From Bacilli bacterium (lineage in GTDB: Bacteria; Bacillota_I; Bacilli_A; RF39; UBA660), in assembly GCA_025992315.1 (NCBI GenBank), contig DAJPHG010000001.1:881633-945632 (forward strand): a DNA stretch of 64,000 bases, read 5' to 3'. Within the stretch, counting starts at the first letter, position 1. Each line of letters opens with the position of its first letter. The position numbers and the translations under genes were made by a program. Below, in pieces: positions 10,364 to 19,910 of the stretch. A model generated the notes under the pieces. The model was not told where the DNA came from. It was given only the letters and a program-made list of their open reading frames with translations, and made no database searches.

Positions 10364-10585
10364 ATATCTATATAGAGTTAGGTATTTATAATAAAAAAAC
10401 AAATTATGATATTGAAAATTATGTTGGTTTTGAAAATGCTGAATTATTAAATCATGGTGACTATGATACAGTATTAGAAGAATTACAAAAATTAAGAATA
10501 GAAATATTAAAAGAAATAGAAAATGATTTAAAAAAAAAGAAATTAGATCAAATTGATGAAGTTGATACTAAAGGAGAAATAGAAA

Positions 10586-10702
10586 ATGAAACAAGAAAAA
10601 GATAATTTTTTGAAATCTTTAATGAATATAGGCAAAAAAATTGCAGAATTATCTAAAGATAAAAAAGTAGCTTCAGCAATTAAACAAAGAGCTAATTATT
10701 AA
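10586..10702 (+). CDS. 38-aa orphan ORF in a 400-bp gap (doubtful)
   Basis: An AAGGAG RBS sits 7 nt upstream. The product is MKQEKDNFLKSLMNIGKKIAELSKDKKVASAIKQRANY. A terminator follows, and it overlaps a startless coding-like frame at about 10385-10610. Confidence 0.25.
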   Translation: MKQEKDNFLKSLMNIGKKIAELSKDKKVASAIKQRANY

Positions 10703-10724
10703 ATCCTTAGTTTAAGGATTTTTC
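10702..10724 (+). terminator. rho-independent terminator
   Basis: AATCCTTA-gtt-TAAGGATT followed by TTTcT. Confidence 0.6.
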
Positions 10725-10772
10725 TATTGCCATAAATTAGGCAAAAATGCTATTATATATGAGTTAGAAAGT

Positions 10773-11576
10773 ATGATGTCCATGAAAAATAAATTGATTA
10801 TCAATATAAAAGAAATAGATGAAATAGAATATTATAAAGAAAAAGGTATTTATAATTATTTAGTGCCCTTAAAAGATTTTTGTGTAGGCTATGATACAAT
10901 AGATGTAAATAATATAAATAAAATTGATGTTAATTATTATTTGTTGGTAAATCGAATAATGACATTTAAAGATTTAGAAAAATTGAGAAGTATTTTAAAT
11001 AATATTAATTTGAAATACTTGAAAGGTGTATTTTTTGAAGATTTAGGTGTATTAGAAATAATTAAAGATTTAGATTTAGAGAAGATTTATTTTCCAAATC
11101 ATTTTGCTACTAATTATTTATCAATAAATGGTTTTTTAGATAAAGGAATAGATTCTGTAGTTGTATCTAATGAAATAACAAAAGAAGAAGTAGAAATAAT
11201 CTTAGATAATGTCTCTGAAAATGTAGTTATTCCTGTATTAGGATATAACCAAATTATGTATTCGCGAAGGAATTTGATTACTAATTATAATAAAGAGTAT
11301 AATCTAAATACCTCATTAAATAATAAAATTACAGAACAAATAACAAAGAAACAATTGCCAATTTTAGAACAAGAGTATGGAACTGTAATTTTTGATGAAA
11401 ATATATATAATAATTTAGAACTTTTAAAAAATACTAAAAATGTTAAATTTTCTTTAATAAATAGTACATTTTTAACTAAAGAAGATATTATAAGTTATTT
11501 AAACAGCAATAGTCTAAATAATAATGGTTTTTTAACTAGAAAGACCATTTACAAAATAGGTGATATAAATGAATAG
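10773..11576 (+). CDS. U32-family peptidase-like protein (YrrN-like)
   Basis: 267 aa. Its position and its ATGAATAG overlap with the clear U32 gene downstream mirror yrrN-yrrO. Its own motifs are weak. Confidence 0.6.
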   Translation: MMSMKNKLIINIKEIDEIEYYKEKGIYNYLVPLKDFCVGYDTIDVNNINKIDVNYYLLVNRIMTFKDLEKLRSILNNINLKYLKGVFFEDLGVLEIIKDLDLEKIYFPNHFATNYLSINGFLDKGIDSVVVSNEITKEEVEIILDNVSENVVIPVLGYNQIMYSRRNLITNYNKEYNLNTSLNNKITEQITKKQLPILEQEYGTVIFDENIYNNLELLKNTKNVKFSLINSTFLTKEDIISYLNSNSLNNNGFLTRKTIYKIGDINE

Positions 11577-12768
11577 TGTTGAATTACTTGCTCCTGCAGG
11601 AGATTTAGAAAGACTAAAATTTGCTTATCTATATGGTGCTGATGCAGTTTATATCGGTGGTAAAAATTTTAGTTTAAGAGCAAATGCTAAAAATTTTAGC
11701 ATAGATGAAATAAAAGAAGCAGTTAATATTGCTCATAATTTAGGAAAAAAATTATATGTTACGGTTAATATTGTTTTTCATAATGATGATTTAAAAGGGT
11801 TAAAAGAATATTTAGAGGAACTATCTAATATAAAGGTAGATGCTATTATTGTCAGTGATATCGTTGTTATGGATATTATTAATAAAAATAATATTGATTT
11901 AGAAGTACATCTTTCTACTCAAGCTAGTACTTTAAATGCTAGTAGTGCAAAGTTTTATTTGCAACAAGGAGTTAAAAGGTTGGTTTTAGCTAGAGAAGCT
12001 TCTAAAGAAGATATAATAAATATAAAAAAAGAAACTCATGCCGATATAGAAGTATTTGCTCATGGTGCTATGTGTTCTAGTTTTTCAGGAAAGTGTGTTT
12101 TATCTAATTGTTTTACTAATCGAGATTCAAATAGAGGAGGTTGTGCTCAAATTTGTCGATGGTGTTTTAATATTGAAGGTGCAGATGAAACTTTTAGTAT
12201 AACGCCTAAAGATTTGAATATGGTAAAATATATTAAAGATATGATTGATATTGGTGTTAATTCTTTTAAGATTGAAGGACGAATGAGATCAATTTATTAT
12301 ATTTCTACGGTAATAAATACATATAGACAAATTATAGATAAAATATTAAATAATACTTTAACTGATGCATATATTAATTATTACCAGGATATTTTAAATA
12401 GATGTGCTAATAGAGAATCGACAGCTCAATTTTATGATAAGTTACCAACTAATAAAGAGCAATATTTTCTAGGAAGAAAAGAAGAATCTAATCAAGATTT
12501 TATTGGTATAGTAAAAAGTTATGATAAAAATACAAAGATAGCAACATTTGAACAAAGAAATTATTTAAAACGAGGAGATATTGTAGAAATATTTGGGCCT
12601 GGGATAGAACCTTCGACTATAAAAATAGAAGAAATGTATGACGAAAACGATCAAAAAATTACCATTGCAAATCACCCTCAAATGACAGTTAAAATAAAGT
12701 GTGATTTAGAATTAAAATCAAATGATATAATAAGAAAAAAAATATTTGACATTTCGTCTTATTTGTAG
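11569..12768 (+). CDS. U32-family peptidase (YrrO/TrhP-like, tRNA U34 hydroxylation family)
   Basis: Starts with ELLAPAGDLERLKFAYLYGADAVYIGG, and contains the Cys cluster CSSFSGKCVLSNC...GGCAQICRW and the FKIEGRMRS motif. Confidence 0.85.
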   Translation: MNSVELLAPAGDLERLKFAYLYGADAVYIGGKNFSLRANAKNFSIDEIKEAVNIAHNLGKKLYVTVNIVFHNDDLKGLKEYLEELSNIKVDAIIVSDIVVMDIINKNNIDLEVHLSTQASTLNASSAKFYLQQGVKRLVLAREASKEDIINIKKETHADIEVFAHGAMCSSFSGKCVLSNCFTNRDSNRGGCAQICRWCFNIEGADETFSITPKDLNMVKYIKDMIDIGVNSFKIEGRMRSIYYISTVINTYRQIIDKILNNTLTDAYINYYQDILNRCANRESTAQFYDKLPTNKEQYFLGRKEESNQDFIGIVKSYDKNTKIATFEQRNYLKRGDIVEIFGPGIEPSTIKIEEMYDENDQKITIANHPQMTVKIKCDLELKSNDIIRKKIFDISSYL

Positions 12769-12805
12769 TATCCTTAATCAAGATAAAATTTTATGAGGTG
12801 AAAAT

Positions 12806-13282
12806 ATGACACAGAAAAATGAACAAGAAATCCTTTTAACAGCTGAAGGATATTTAGAATTAGAAACTGAATTAAATGATTTAAAAATAAATAAAAGACC
12901 TGAAGTAATTAAAGCTTTAAAAGAAGCAAGAGCTTTAGGTGATCTTTCTGAAAATGCTGATTATGATGCTGCTAGAGATGCTCAAGCTAAGCTTGAAGGA
13001 AGAATTAAAGAACTTGAATATAAATTAGAGAATGCTAAAATAATATCAAATGATAGTAAAGATACAGTAAGTATTGGTTCTACTGTTACTATAAGTTATA
13101 TAGATGATGATGAAACAGAAGAATATAAAATAGTAGGTTCCCTAGAAGCTGATCCATTTAATAATAAAATATCAAATGAATCACCAATAGGAGCAGCTAT
13201 TATTGGAAAAAAAGTAAATGAAATTGTTAGTGTGGAAACACCTAATGGTTCATTCGATGTGAAAATAGAATCAATCGCTTAA
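12806..13282 (+). CDS. greA: transcription elongation factor GreA
   Basis: 158 aa with LKEARALGDLSENADYDAA and the C-terminal ISNESPIGAAIIGKKV motif. Confidence 0.95.
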   Translation: MTQKNEQEILLTAEGYLELETELNDLKINKRPEVIKALKEARALGDLSENADYDAARDAQAKLEGRIKELEYKLENAKIISNDSKDTVSIGSTVTISYIDDDETEEYKIVGSLEADPFNNKISNESPIGAAIIGKKVNEIVSVETPNGSFDVKIESIA

Positions 13283-13319
13283 TTAAGCGATTTTTATATG
13301 TAGAAATAGGGGAGTAAAG

Positions 13320-14198
13320 ATGAGTAAATTAACAAAAGAAGAACAAGTAATTAAAACAATAGAAAATAGCGATGAACAAATAAAAGTTCTAAGTGAGAAG
13401 ATAGCTGAATATGAAAGAGATATAAAAAATTATAAGCTTTGCATTGAAGATTTAAAAAACAAATTGAATTATAAAAATAAAGTTTCTAAAGATTTGAAAA
13501 ATCAAATTTATTCTAAAAATAAAATAGTGAGAAAAATTTTAAAACCATATTATATTGAATTAAGAAAGAAAATAATTAATCGGTGGCAAAAAGAATATAA
13601 TATTGAATCTGATATAGATTTAAAAGTTGTAAATAGATCTAATTTAGATTCATTATATTCTATCTTAGAAATGATTGAAAATAGTCTATCAACATCTTCA
13701 ATAAAATTAGAAAGATTAAAAGCTTCTAGAAAATATTTATTAAAACAATTTAGATATGAAAATATTGAAAATGGTAAAATAATAAATATAGATAAAGACA
13801 ATAAAAATATAATTGTTCAAAATGAATCTATTATTCTAAAAAATTATAATGATCAAATTGCAATTTGTAATACTAATGGAGAAATTTTATATTTAGTTAA
13901 TAGTAAAGACTTTAACTTTGCTTGTGGAAATGTAGATCTTCAAAATATTTCTAATATGAAGTTTTATGAGACACGCAGTAAAATAGCTAAAGAGAAAACT
14001 ATATCAAAGGGAAATGTTGAATTAGATGATACTTTTGATGTAGCAACTATTTATAATGATAATAGTGTTATTTTAAAAGATGTTGATGAAAATAATGTTG
14101 GAATATTTGATGAAAATGAAAACTTAATAGAAATAATTCCTAAAGATTATACTTTAAAGTTAGAAATGATTAACAAAAATAATTCAAGAAGCTTGTAA
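13320..14198 (+). CDS. hypothetical coiled-coil protein
   Basis: 292 aa with a GGGGAG RBS. The N-terminal half is heptad-rich. No family recognised. Confidence 0.55.
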   Translation: MSKLTKEEQVIKTIENSDEQIKVLSEKIAEYERDIKNYKLCIEDLKNKLNYKNKVSKDLKNQIYSKNKIVRKILKPYYIELRKKIINRWQKEYNIESDIDLKVVNRSNLDSLYSILEMIENSLSTSSIKLERLKASRKYLLKQFRYENIENGKIINIDKDNKNIIVQNESIILKNYNDQIAICNTNGEILYLVNSKDFNFACGNVDLQNISNMKFYETRSKIAKEKTISKGNVELDDTFDVATIYNDNSVILKDVDENNVGIFDENENLIEIIPKDYTLKLEMINKNNSRSL

Positions 14199-14245
14199 TA
14201 AATTATAAGTTACGTTATAATACTTAGAGAAATTGGAGGAAAATA

Positions 14246-15487
14246 ATGAAAAAAAATGTTCATGAAATTGAAGTTAAAATAGAAGGCAAAGAATGGTCTG
14301 ATATTTTAGATAAAGTATTTAACAAAAAAAGAAAAGAAGTTAAAATAGATGGATTTAGAAAAGGATCTGTACCAAAAGAAGTATATATGAAAAAAGTTGG
14401 TATTGAATCTCTTTATATGGACGCTGTTGATGCTGCTGTAGGTAGTGCTTATAAAAAAGCTTTAAGTGATAATAAATTATTACCAGTTATTGAACCTAAA
14501 ATAGATGTTTCTAATATATCTAAAGATGAAGTTGTATTTAAATTTACTATTGTAACTAAACCAGATATAAAATTAGGTGATTATAAAAATTTAGATGTAA
14601 AAAAACAAAGTGCTAAAATCTCTAAAAAAGAAATTGAAGATAAAATTAAAAATTTACAATCTAAATATGCTGAAATTGTAGAAAAAGAAAAAGGTACTGC
14701 TGAAGAAGGTAATACTGCTATTATTGATTTTATAGGTTATGTTGATGGCAAAGAATTAGAAGGCGGAAAAGGAGAAAATTATCCTTTAGAATTAGGGTCT
14801 AATACTTTTATTCCTGGATTTGAAGAAAATGTTAAGGGAATGAAAATAAATGAAGAAAAATCAATTGATTTAAAATTTCCAGAAAATTATACTGAGGATT
14901 TAAAAAATAAAGATGTAACATTTAAAGTAACTTTAAAAGGTTTAAAAGAAAGAGTTTATCCAGAAATAAATGAAGAATTCTTTATGGATTTAGGCTATGA
15001 TGATGTTAAAACTAAAGAAGAATTAGAATCTAAAATAAAAGAAGATTTAGCTGCTCAAAAAGAAAAAGAACTTGATAATAAATATACTGACGAATGCTTA
15101 GAAAAAGCAGCAAATAATATGACTATTGATTTAAATGAAGAAATTATTGATGATGAAGTTCATCACATGATTCATCAATTTGAAGATCAATTAAAAATGC
15201 AAGGTTTAAATCTTGATCAATATATGCAATTTTCTGGTGTAACTCATGAAGATTTACATAAACAAATGGAAGGCGAAGCAACTAAGAGAGTTAAGTATCG
15301 TTATCTTTTAGAAGCTGTAATTGATGCTGAAAAAATAGAAGTTACTGATGAAGAAGCAAAAGAAGAAGAACATAATATTGCTAAAGAATATAATATGACT
15401 ATTGATGAAGTTGAAAAACAAATTGACTTAGAAATGGTTAAATATGATTTAAAGATGCGTAAAGCAATGGATATTATAAAAGGGTAG
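14246..15487 (+). CDS. tig: trigger factor
   Basis: 413 aa with the GFRKGSVPK ribosome-binding motif and a central FKBP-like domain (GYVDGKELEGGKGENYPLELGSNTFIPGFEE). Confidence 0.95.
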   Translation: MKKNVHEIEVKIEGKEWSDILDKVFNKKRKEVKIDGFRKGSVPKEVYMKKVGIESLYMDAVDAAVGSAYKKALSDNKLLPVIEPKIDVSNISKDEVVFKFTIVTKPDIKLGDYKNLDVKKQSAKISKKEIEDKIKNLQSKYAEIVEKEKGTAEEGNTAIIDFIGYVDGKELEGGKGENYPLELGSNTFIPGFEENVKGMKINEEKSIDLKFPENYTEDLKNKDVTFKVTLKGLKERVYPEINEEFFMDLGYDDVKTKEELESKIKEDLAAQKEKELDNKYTDECLEKAANNMTIDLNEEIIDDEVHHMIHQFEDQLKMQGLNLDQYMQFSGVTHEDLHKQMEGEATKRVKYRYLLEAVIDAEKIEVTDEEAKEEEHNIAKEYNMTIDEVEKQIDLEMVKYDLKMRKAMDIIKG

Positions 15488-15497
15488 TATTAATGTA

Positions 15498-15540
15498 AAT
15501 AAACAAGATTTAGTTTTTTAAATCTTGTTTATTATTTATT
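15498..15540 (+). terminator. rho-independent terminator after tig
   Basis: AAACAAGATT-10 nt-AATCTTGTTT followed by a T-rich tail. Confidence 0.6.
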
Positions 15541-15575
15541 CTCATGTTAATATACTTATATAAGGAGGATATAAA

Positions 15576-16139
15576 ATGAGTACTGGAATGTTAATATTGT
15601 TAATTGTACTAGCAATTATTGTTATTATTGTAATGTATGTAATATCTGTACATAATAATTTAGTTGCATTAAGAAATAGAGTTAAAGATCAATGGGCACA
15701 AATTGATGTTCAATTAAAAAGAAGATTTGATCTTATTCCTAATTTAGTAGAAACTGTAAAAGGATATACTAAACATGAAAGTGAAACATTAGAAAATGTA
15801 ATTAAAGCTCGTAATACTTATTTATCTGCAACAACACCAGAAGATCAAATTAAAGCTAATAATGAATTATCTAATGTTGTTACTAAACTATTTGCATTAT
15901 CAGAAAGTTATCCAGATTTAAAAGCAAATACAAACTTTATGCAATTACAAGATGAATTAAAAGATGTTGAAAATAAAATAGCATCTGCTAGACAATTTTA
16001 TAATGATACTGTTTTACAATATAATAATAAAATTGAAATGTTCCCATCAAATATTATTGCTGGAATGTTTAATTTTAAAAGAGAAACTTTCTTTGAAGCA
16101 GCAGCTGCTGAAAGAGAAAATGTTCAAGTTAAATTTTAA
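15576..16139 (+). CDS. lemA: LemA-family membrane protein
   Basis: An N-terminal TM helix is followed by QWAQIDVQLKRRFDLIPNLVETVKGY and YPDLKAN motifs. Confidence 0.9.
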   Translation: MSTGMLILLIVLAIIVIIVMYVISVHNNLVALRNRVKDQWAQIDVQLKRRFDLIPNLVETVKGYTKHESETLENVIKARNTYLSATTPEDQIKANNELSNVVTKLFALSESYPDLKANTNFMQLQDELKDVENKIASARQFYNDTVLQYNNKIEMFPSNIIAGMFNFKRETFFEAAAAERENVQVKF

Positions 16140-16161
16140 GAAGCAAGAAGCTTCTTTTTTT
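16138..16161 (+). terminator. rho-independent terminator after lemA
   Basis: AAGAAGC-aagaa-GCTTCTT followed by T5. Confidence 0.7.
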
Positions 16162-16165
16162 ATGA

Positions 16166-16466
16166 GGGACAATTGGATTACTTGCAGTTAGAGATTCTAA
16201 AAGAAATGTAGAAGTTGTTATAAATACTTGCCAATCATGTGAAGGATCACCATCAGCATATTTTGTACAAATTGGAGATGAAATTCAATGTCAAAATTGT
16301 AAAAGCACTTTTGCTATTGATGATTTAGATAATGTAGTAGAAAATGGTTGGTAACCCAATATTAATAAAAGATAAACAAACAAAAGATGGAATTATAACT
16401 ATTGGCACTAAACAATTAAATAATCTAAAAGATAAATTTGCAAATTGGGATGGACCTAAAGTATAA
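16166..16466 (+). pseudogene. C-terminal remnant of a Cys-rich DUF2318/COG4393-like protein, frameshifted
   Basis: No start codon. The translation ...VINTCQSCEGSPSAYFVQIGDEIQCQNCKSTFAIDDL..ENGW* continues in the +1 frame as NPILIKDKQTKDGIITIG...W. One extra G in AATGGTTGGTAACCCA breaks an expected GCNP motif. Confidence 0.4.
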
Positions 16467-16497
16467 TAATATTTATTTAAAAAAGAGGTGGAGCAGT

Positions 16498-17451
16498 ATG
16501 GATGATTTAGATAAATACGTATCTGAGATAAAAGAGCATATTAAAACAATAACAGATATATCAGAAATAGAACTTATTAGATACGTTTATTTAAATTTAG
16601 GAAGTAAACTGTCATTTGATGAAACTTTTATGCCATTTGGCAATAGTAAATCTAGACAAAATATGTATAAATACCATTCTCGATTAAAAAAAGATTTAAA
16701 TGAATGTTTAAAAAATAATAAAGCCATTTGTAAATCACTATCTTATATTTTAGAATATGTTTTAAGAAATTTTGGAGTTGATATAAAAACTATAACTGAT
16801 GAAGATGATATAAGAAAATGTCCCCATGTATATAATTTAATAAATCAAAAAAATGGTTTATCTTATGTTGTTGATCTCCAAGAAGATTTATATAATATCC
16901 AAGCTCATTATTTTACTAGAAATTTTGGTATAAATTCAATAAAACAAATGAATATGGTAATTAGTAGAACTGAATTAAAAGAGATTGATAAAAAATTAGG
17001 TTATGTAACTTTGGAAAGGTATTATGCTGATGAATATTTATATTTGCTATGTTCAGTAGCAGATTCAATTGATGATTTTAATCAAAAAGCTCAATTTATT
17101 TTAGAGAATATCGATATATACGATTTAAAAAATATGAGCTATACTGATATCCAGTGGCATCATAAAACAATTTTAGAATATTTTTTTAATGAAACAGAAT
17201 TTGATTATCAAAGATCAACCGGAAAAATTAGAATGATTGATTGTTATAAAGATATAAATAATGTTAGAAAATATATTAATTGTATTGCAGTTTTTAATAA
17301 TGAAGAAACAGATATTTATTTATATAATAAAAGTCAATCAAGATATTTTAAATTAAACATTTATTATTTTGCTCAAGCAATAAAGAATGGTTTAGTGATT
17401 CATAATTGCTCTGTTCCAGGATTAAACAAAGTATTAAAGAAAATTAAGTAA
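16498..17451 (+). CDS. hypothetical protein, possible transglutaminase-like Cys-His-Asp fold
   Basis: ATG at 16498 follows GAGGTGGAG, whereas the TTG at 16438 in the track runs into the upstream remnant. A C...H...D spacing is present (AICKSLSY, CPHVYNL, SYVVDLQ). Confidence 0.6.
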   Translation: MDDLDKYVSEIKEHIKTITDISEIELIRYVYLNLGSKLSFDETFMPFGNSKSRQNMYKYHSRLKKDLNECLKNNKAICKSLSYILEYVLRNFGVDIKTITDEDDIRKCPHVYNLINQKNGLSYVVDLQEDLYNIQAHYFTRNFGINSIKQMNMVISRTELKEIDKKLGYVTLERYYADEYLYLLCSVADSIDDFNQKAQFILENIDIYDLKNMSYTDIQWHHKTILEYFFNETEFDYQRSTGKIRMIDCYKDINNVRKYINCIAVFNNEETDIYLYNKSQSRYFKLNIYYFAQAIKNGLVIHNCSVPGLNKVLKKIK

Positions 17452-17894
17452 TATTTAACGTAAAGTACTTTTAATTAGATTTGATGTTGTCTTAATTTTG
17501 TAAATGCTGAAAATGAAGAATTAAAAATAATATTGGTAATCTAACTTCTTTAAATAGCTATCAATAATGATGAAGATGGTGTTTATTATATTCAAAATAA
17601 TCAAATAAAACATGATTATAAACTAGATAAAGTAATTCAAGAGTCTTTTAATAAAATTGATGAAGATACTTTGAAATTTTATACAACTGAAACTATTGAT
17701 GATTTATTATATAGTTATAAGAGATATCCAGAAATAGATTTAGCAGATGTTCAAGCACCAGTAAAAAGAAGTAAAAAAATAGTACATAATTTAATAGTTA
17801 AGTTATAAATAAGTCTAATATAAATTTAGTATTTAATAATACTAAATTTTTTAATACTATGATATAATTATCATACGAGGAGTGTTTTTTATTT

Positions 17895-19817
17895 ATGAAA
17901 AAATTATATTTATTTTTAATATTATTAATTTTTCCTTTTATTGCTCATGCTGAAGTTGATTATGATATAACTGATTATTATATTACTTCAGATATAGAAG
18001 TAGCAGGTGGGTTAAAAATAAAGGAATTAGTAGTATTAGATGGTACTTTTAATGGTTATGAAAGAAATATTGTTTATAGAAATGATTCTTTAGAAGAATG
18101 GAAAGCTGGGAATGTAAACTTTGAGAAAAGTTCAATTTATAATGCTGTTGGTATTGATAATTTAAAAGTGGCAGCAATGAAAGTTAATGGCGATGTTAGT
18201 TTTGATACTATGAAAAATATATCTAATTATGCTAGTGAAGTTGATTCTGCTAATTTGGGTGAAAGTAATGTTTATACAACAACAAAAAATAGTAATGGTA
18301 TAGATGTAAGAATGTATATGCCTGCTAATAATGAAAAAGTAGCTTTTTATTTAGAATATGTAGTGGCAAATGCTGTTGTTATGCATAATGATGTTGCTGA
18401 ATTGTATTTTCCTTTTATTGGCGATAAATTTAGTGATGATATAGATAATGTAAATGTTCAAGTGTTCTTGCCTGCTGCAGATACATCAAATAATTTTAGA
18501 ATATGGGCTCATGGACCATTGAGTGGAGAAATAAATAAATATCAAAATGAAAATAAAGAAAATATTGGTCTTATTGCTAGTATTAAAGATTTAAAAGCAA
18601 ATACTGGTTTTGATATAAGAGTTACTTTTGATAAATCTTTAATATTAGTACCTCAATTTTTACATCATTCAAATGAAGATGCTTTAGATAAAATATTAGA
18701 AGTAGAAAATAAAAGAGCAGATGATGCAAATGCCAAAAGAAAAAAAATAAAAGCCGTATATTATTCTATAAAATATGCTGCAATAGGTTATTTGATATTC
18801 TTAATTGTTATGTGGATATACATATATGTTAAGTTTGATAAAGAATATAAAGCTGATTTTAAAAATAAATATAATAGAGAATTTATAGATGATTATAATG
18901 TTGAAGTAATTGATTATTTATTTAATAAAAATATTACTCCTAATGCTATGAGTGCTTCAATAATGAATTTGGTTTATAAAAAGAATATTAGTGTTGAAGA
19001 AATGCCTAGTGACAAAAAGAAAAAAGAATACACATTTAAATTATTAAATAAAGAAAATTTAAGTAAATCTGAAGAATATTTAATAGAATTCCTTTTTGAT
19101 ACTGTTGGTAATGGTAGTGTATTTACAACAAAAAAATTAAAAGATTATGCAAAATCTACATCATCATATTCTACTTTTACTAGTAAATATTCAACTTGGA
19201 AAAACAATGTTATTCAAGAAGGTCAACAACAGAATTTTTATGAATCAAACACTAAAATTAAATTTATAGGTCTAATAATAGCTTTAATAGGTGGTTTAAT
19301 TTTTGTTACTAATATACTATGTAATACAGACATTTTAATTGCTTATGCCTTAATTATTCCGATTGTAATTTTTGCAATATATATTATGACTTTTAATCGT
19401 CGTACAAAGAATGGTAATGAAGATTATGCAAAATGGAAAGCTTTTAAAAATTTCTTAAATGATTTTGGCACTTTTGATATAAAAGAGTTACCAGAGATAA
19501 CTCTTTGGGAAAGATATATGGTATATGCTACAATTTTTGGATTAGCTAAAAAAGTTCAAAAATCTATGAATGTATATATTCAAGAACTTGATCCTAATGG
19601 TACTTTGTATCCTTATTATTATAATAGTTGGATGTATTATGATTTAAATTATGCTGTTGCTGATAGTGTTAATAGTGCTGTTAATTCAGCTGTAAATTAT
19701 AGTATTAATACTGCTAATGCTAATTCTAGCTATTCAAGTGGTTCTGGCTTTGGTGGAGGATTTTCCTCTGGTGGAGGCGGCGGCTTCGGTGGAGGCGGCG
19801 GCGGTCACGGATTTTAA
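17895..19817 (+). CDS. DUF2207-family membrane protein with Gly-rich C-terminal tail
   Basis: Signal peptide, a large extracellular domain, several TM helices, and the tail SGSGFGGGFSSGGGGGFGGGGGGHGF typical of DUF2207. Often a partner of LemA. Confidence 0.85.
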   Translation: MKKLYLFLILLIFPFIAHAEVDYDITDYYITSDIEVAGGLKIKELVVLDGTFNGYERNIVYRNDSLEEWKAGNVNFEKSSIYNAVGIDNLKVAAMKVNGDVSFDTMKNISNYASEVDSANLGESNVYTTTKNSNGIDVRMYMPANNEKVAFYLEYVVANAVVMHNDVAELYFPFIGDKFSDDIDNVNVQVFLPAADTSNNFRIWAHGPLSGEINKYQNENKENIGLIASIKDLKANTGFDIRVTFDKSLILVPQFLHHSNEDALDKILEVENKRADDANAKRKKIKAVYYSIKYAAIGYLIFLIVMWIYIYVKFDKEYKADFKNKYNREFIDDYNVEVIDYLFNKNITPNAMSASIMNLVYKKNISVEEMPSDKKKKEYTFKLLNKENLSKSEEYLIEFLFDTVGNGSVFTTKKLKDYAKSTSSYSTFTSKYSTWKNNVIQEGQQQNFYESNTKIKFIGLIIALIGGLIFVTNILCNTDILIAYALIIPIVIFAIYIMTFNRRTKNGNEDYAKWKAFKNFLNDFGTFDIKELPEITLWERYMVYATIFGLAKKVQKSMNVYIQELDPNGTLYPYYYNSWMYYDLNYAVADSVNSAVNSAVNYSINTANANSSYSSGSGFGGGFSSGGGGGFGGGGGGHGF

Positions 19818-19822
19818 AATAG

Positions 19823-19847
19823 AATCTTCATTTAAATGAAGATTTTT
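19823..19847 (+). terminator. rho-independent terminator
   Basis: AATCTTCA-tttaaa-TGAAGATT followed by TTT. Confidence 0.65.
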
Positions 19848-19910
19848 ATATACTTGTTTTTAAGGTGCATGATATAATAATTAATAATGACTTGGAGTAG
19901 GTGATGTTAA

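Noticed and set aside
16003-16191. 62-aa plus-strand ORF overlapping the lemA 3' end
   Set aside because: It is out of frame within lemA and runs across the lemA terminator.
16438-16497. TTG start at 16438 proposed by the ORF track for the 337-aa ORF
   Set aside because: That extension overlaps the tail of the DUF2318-like remnant. ATG at 16498 has a GAGGTGGAG SD.
19735-19817. Locally GC-rich, repetitive patch (ggtggaggcggcggc...) considered as foreign DNA or a tandem repeat
   Set aside because: It is explained by the Gly-rich C-terminal tail characteristic of DUF2207 proteins.
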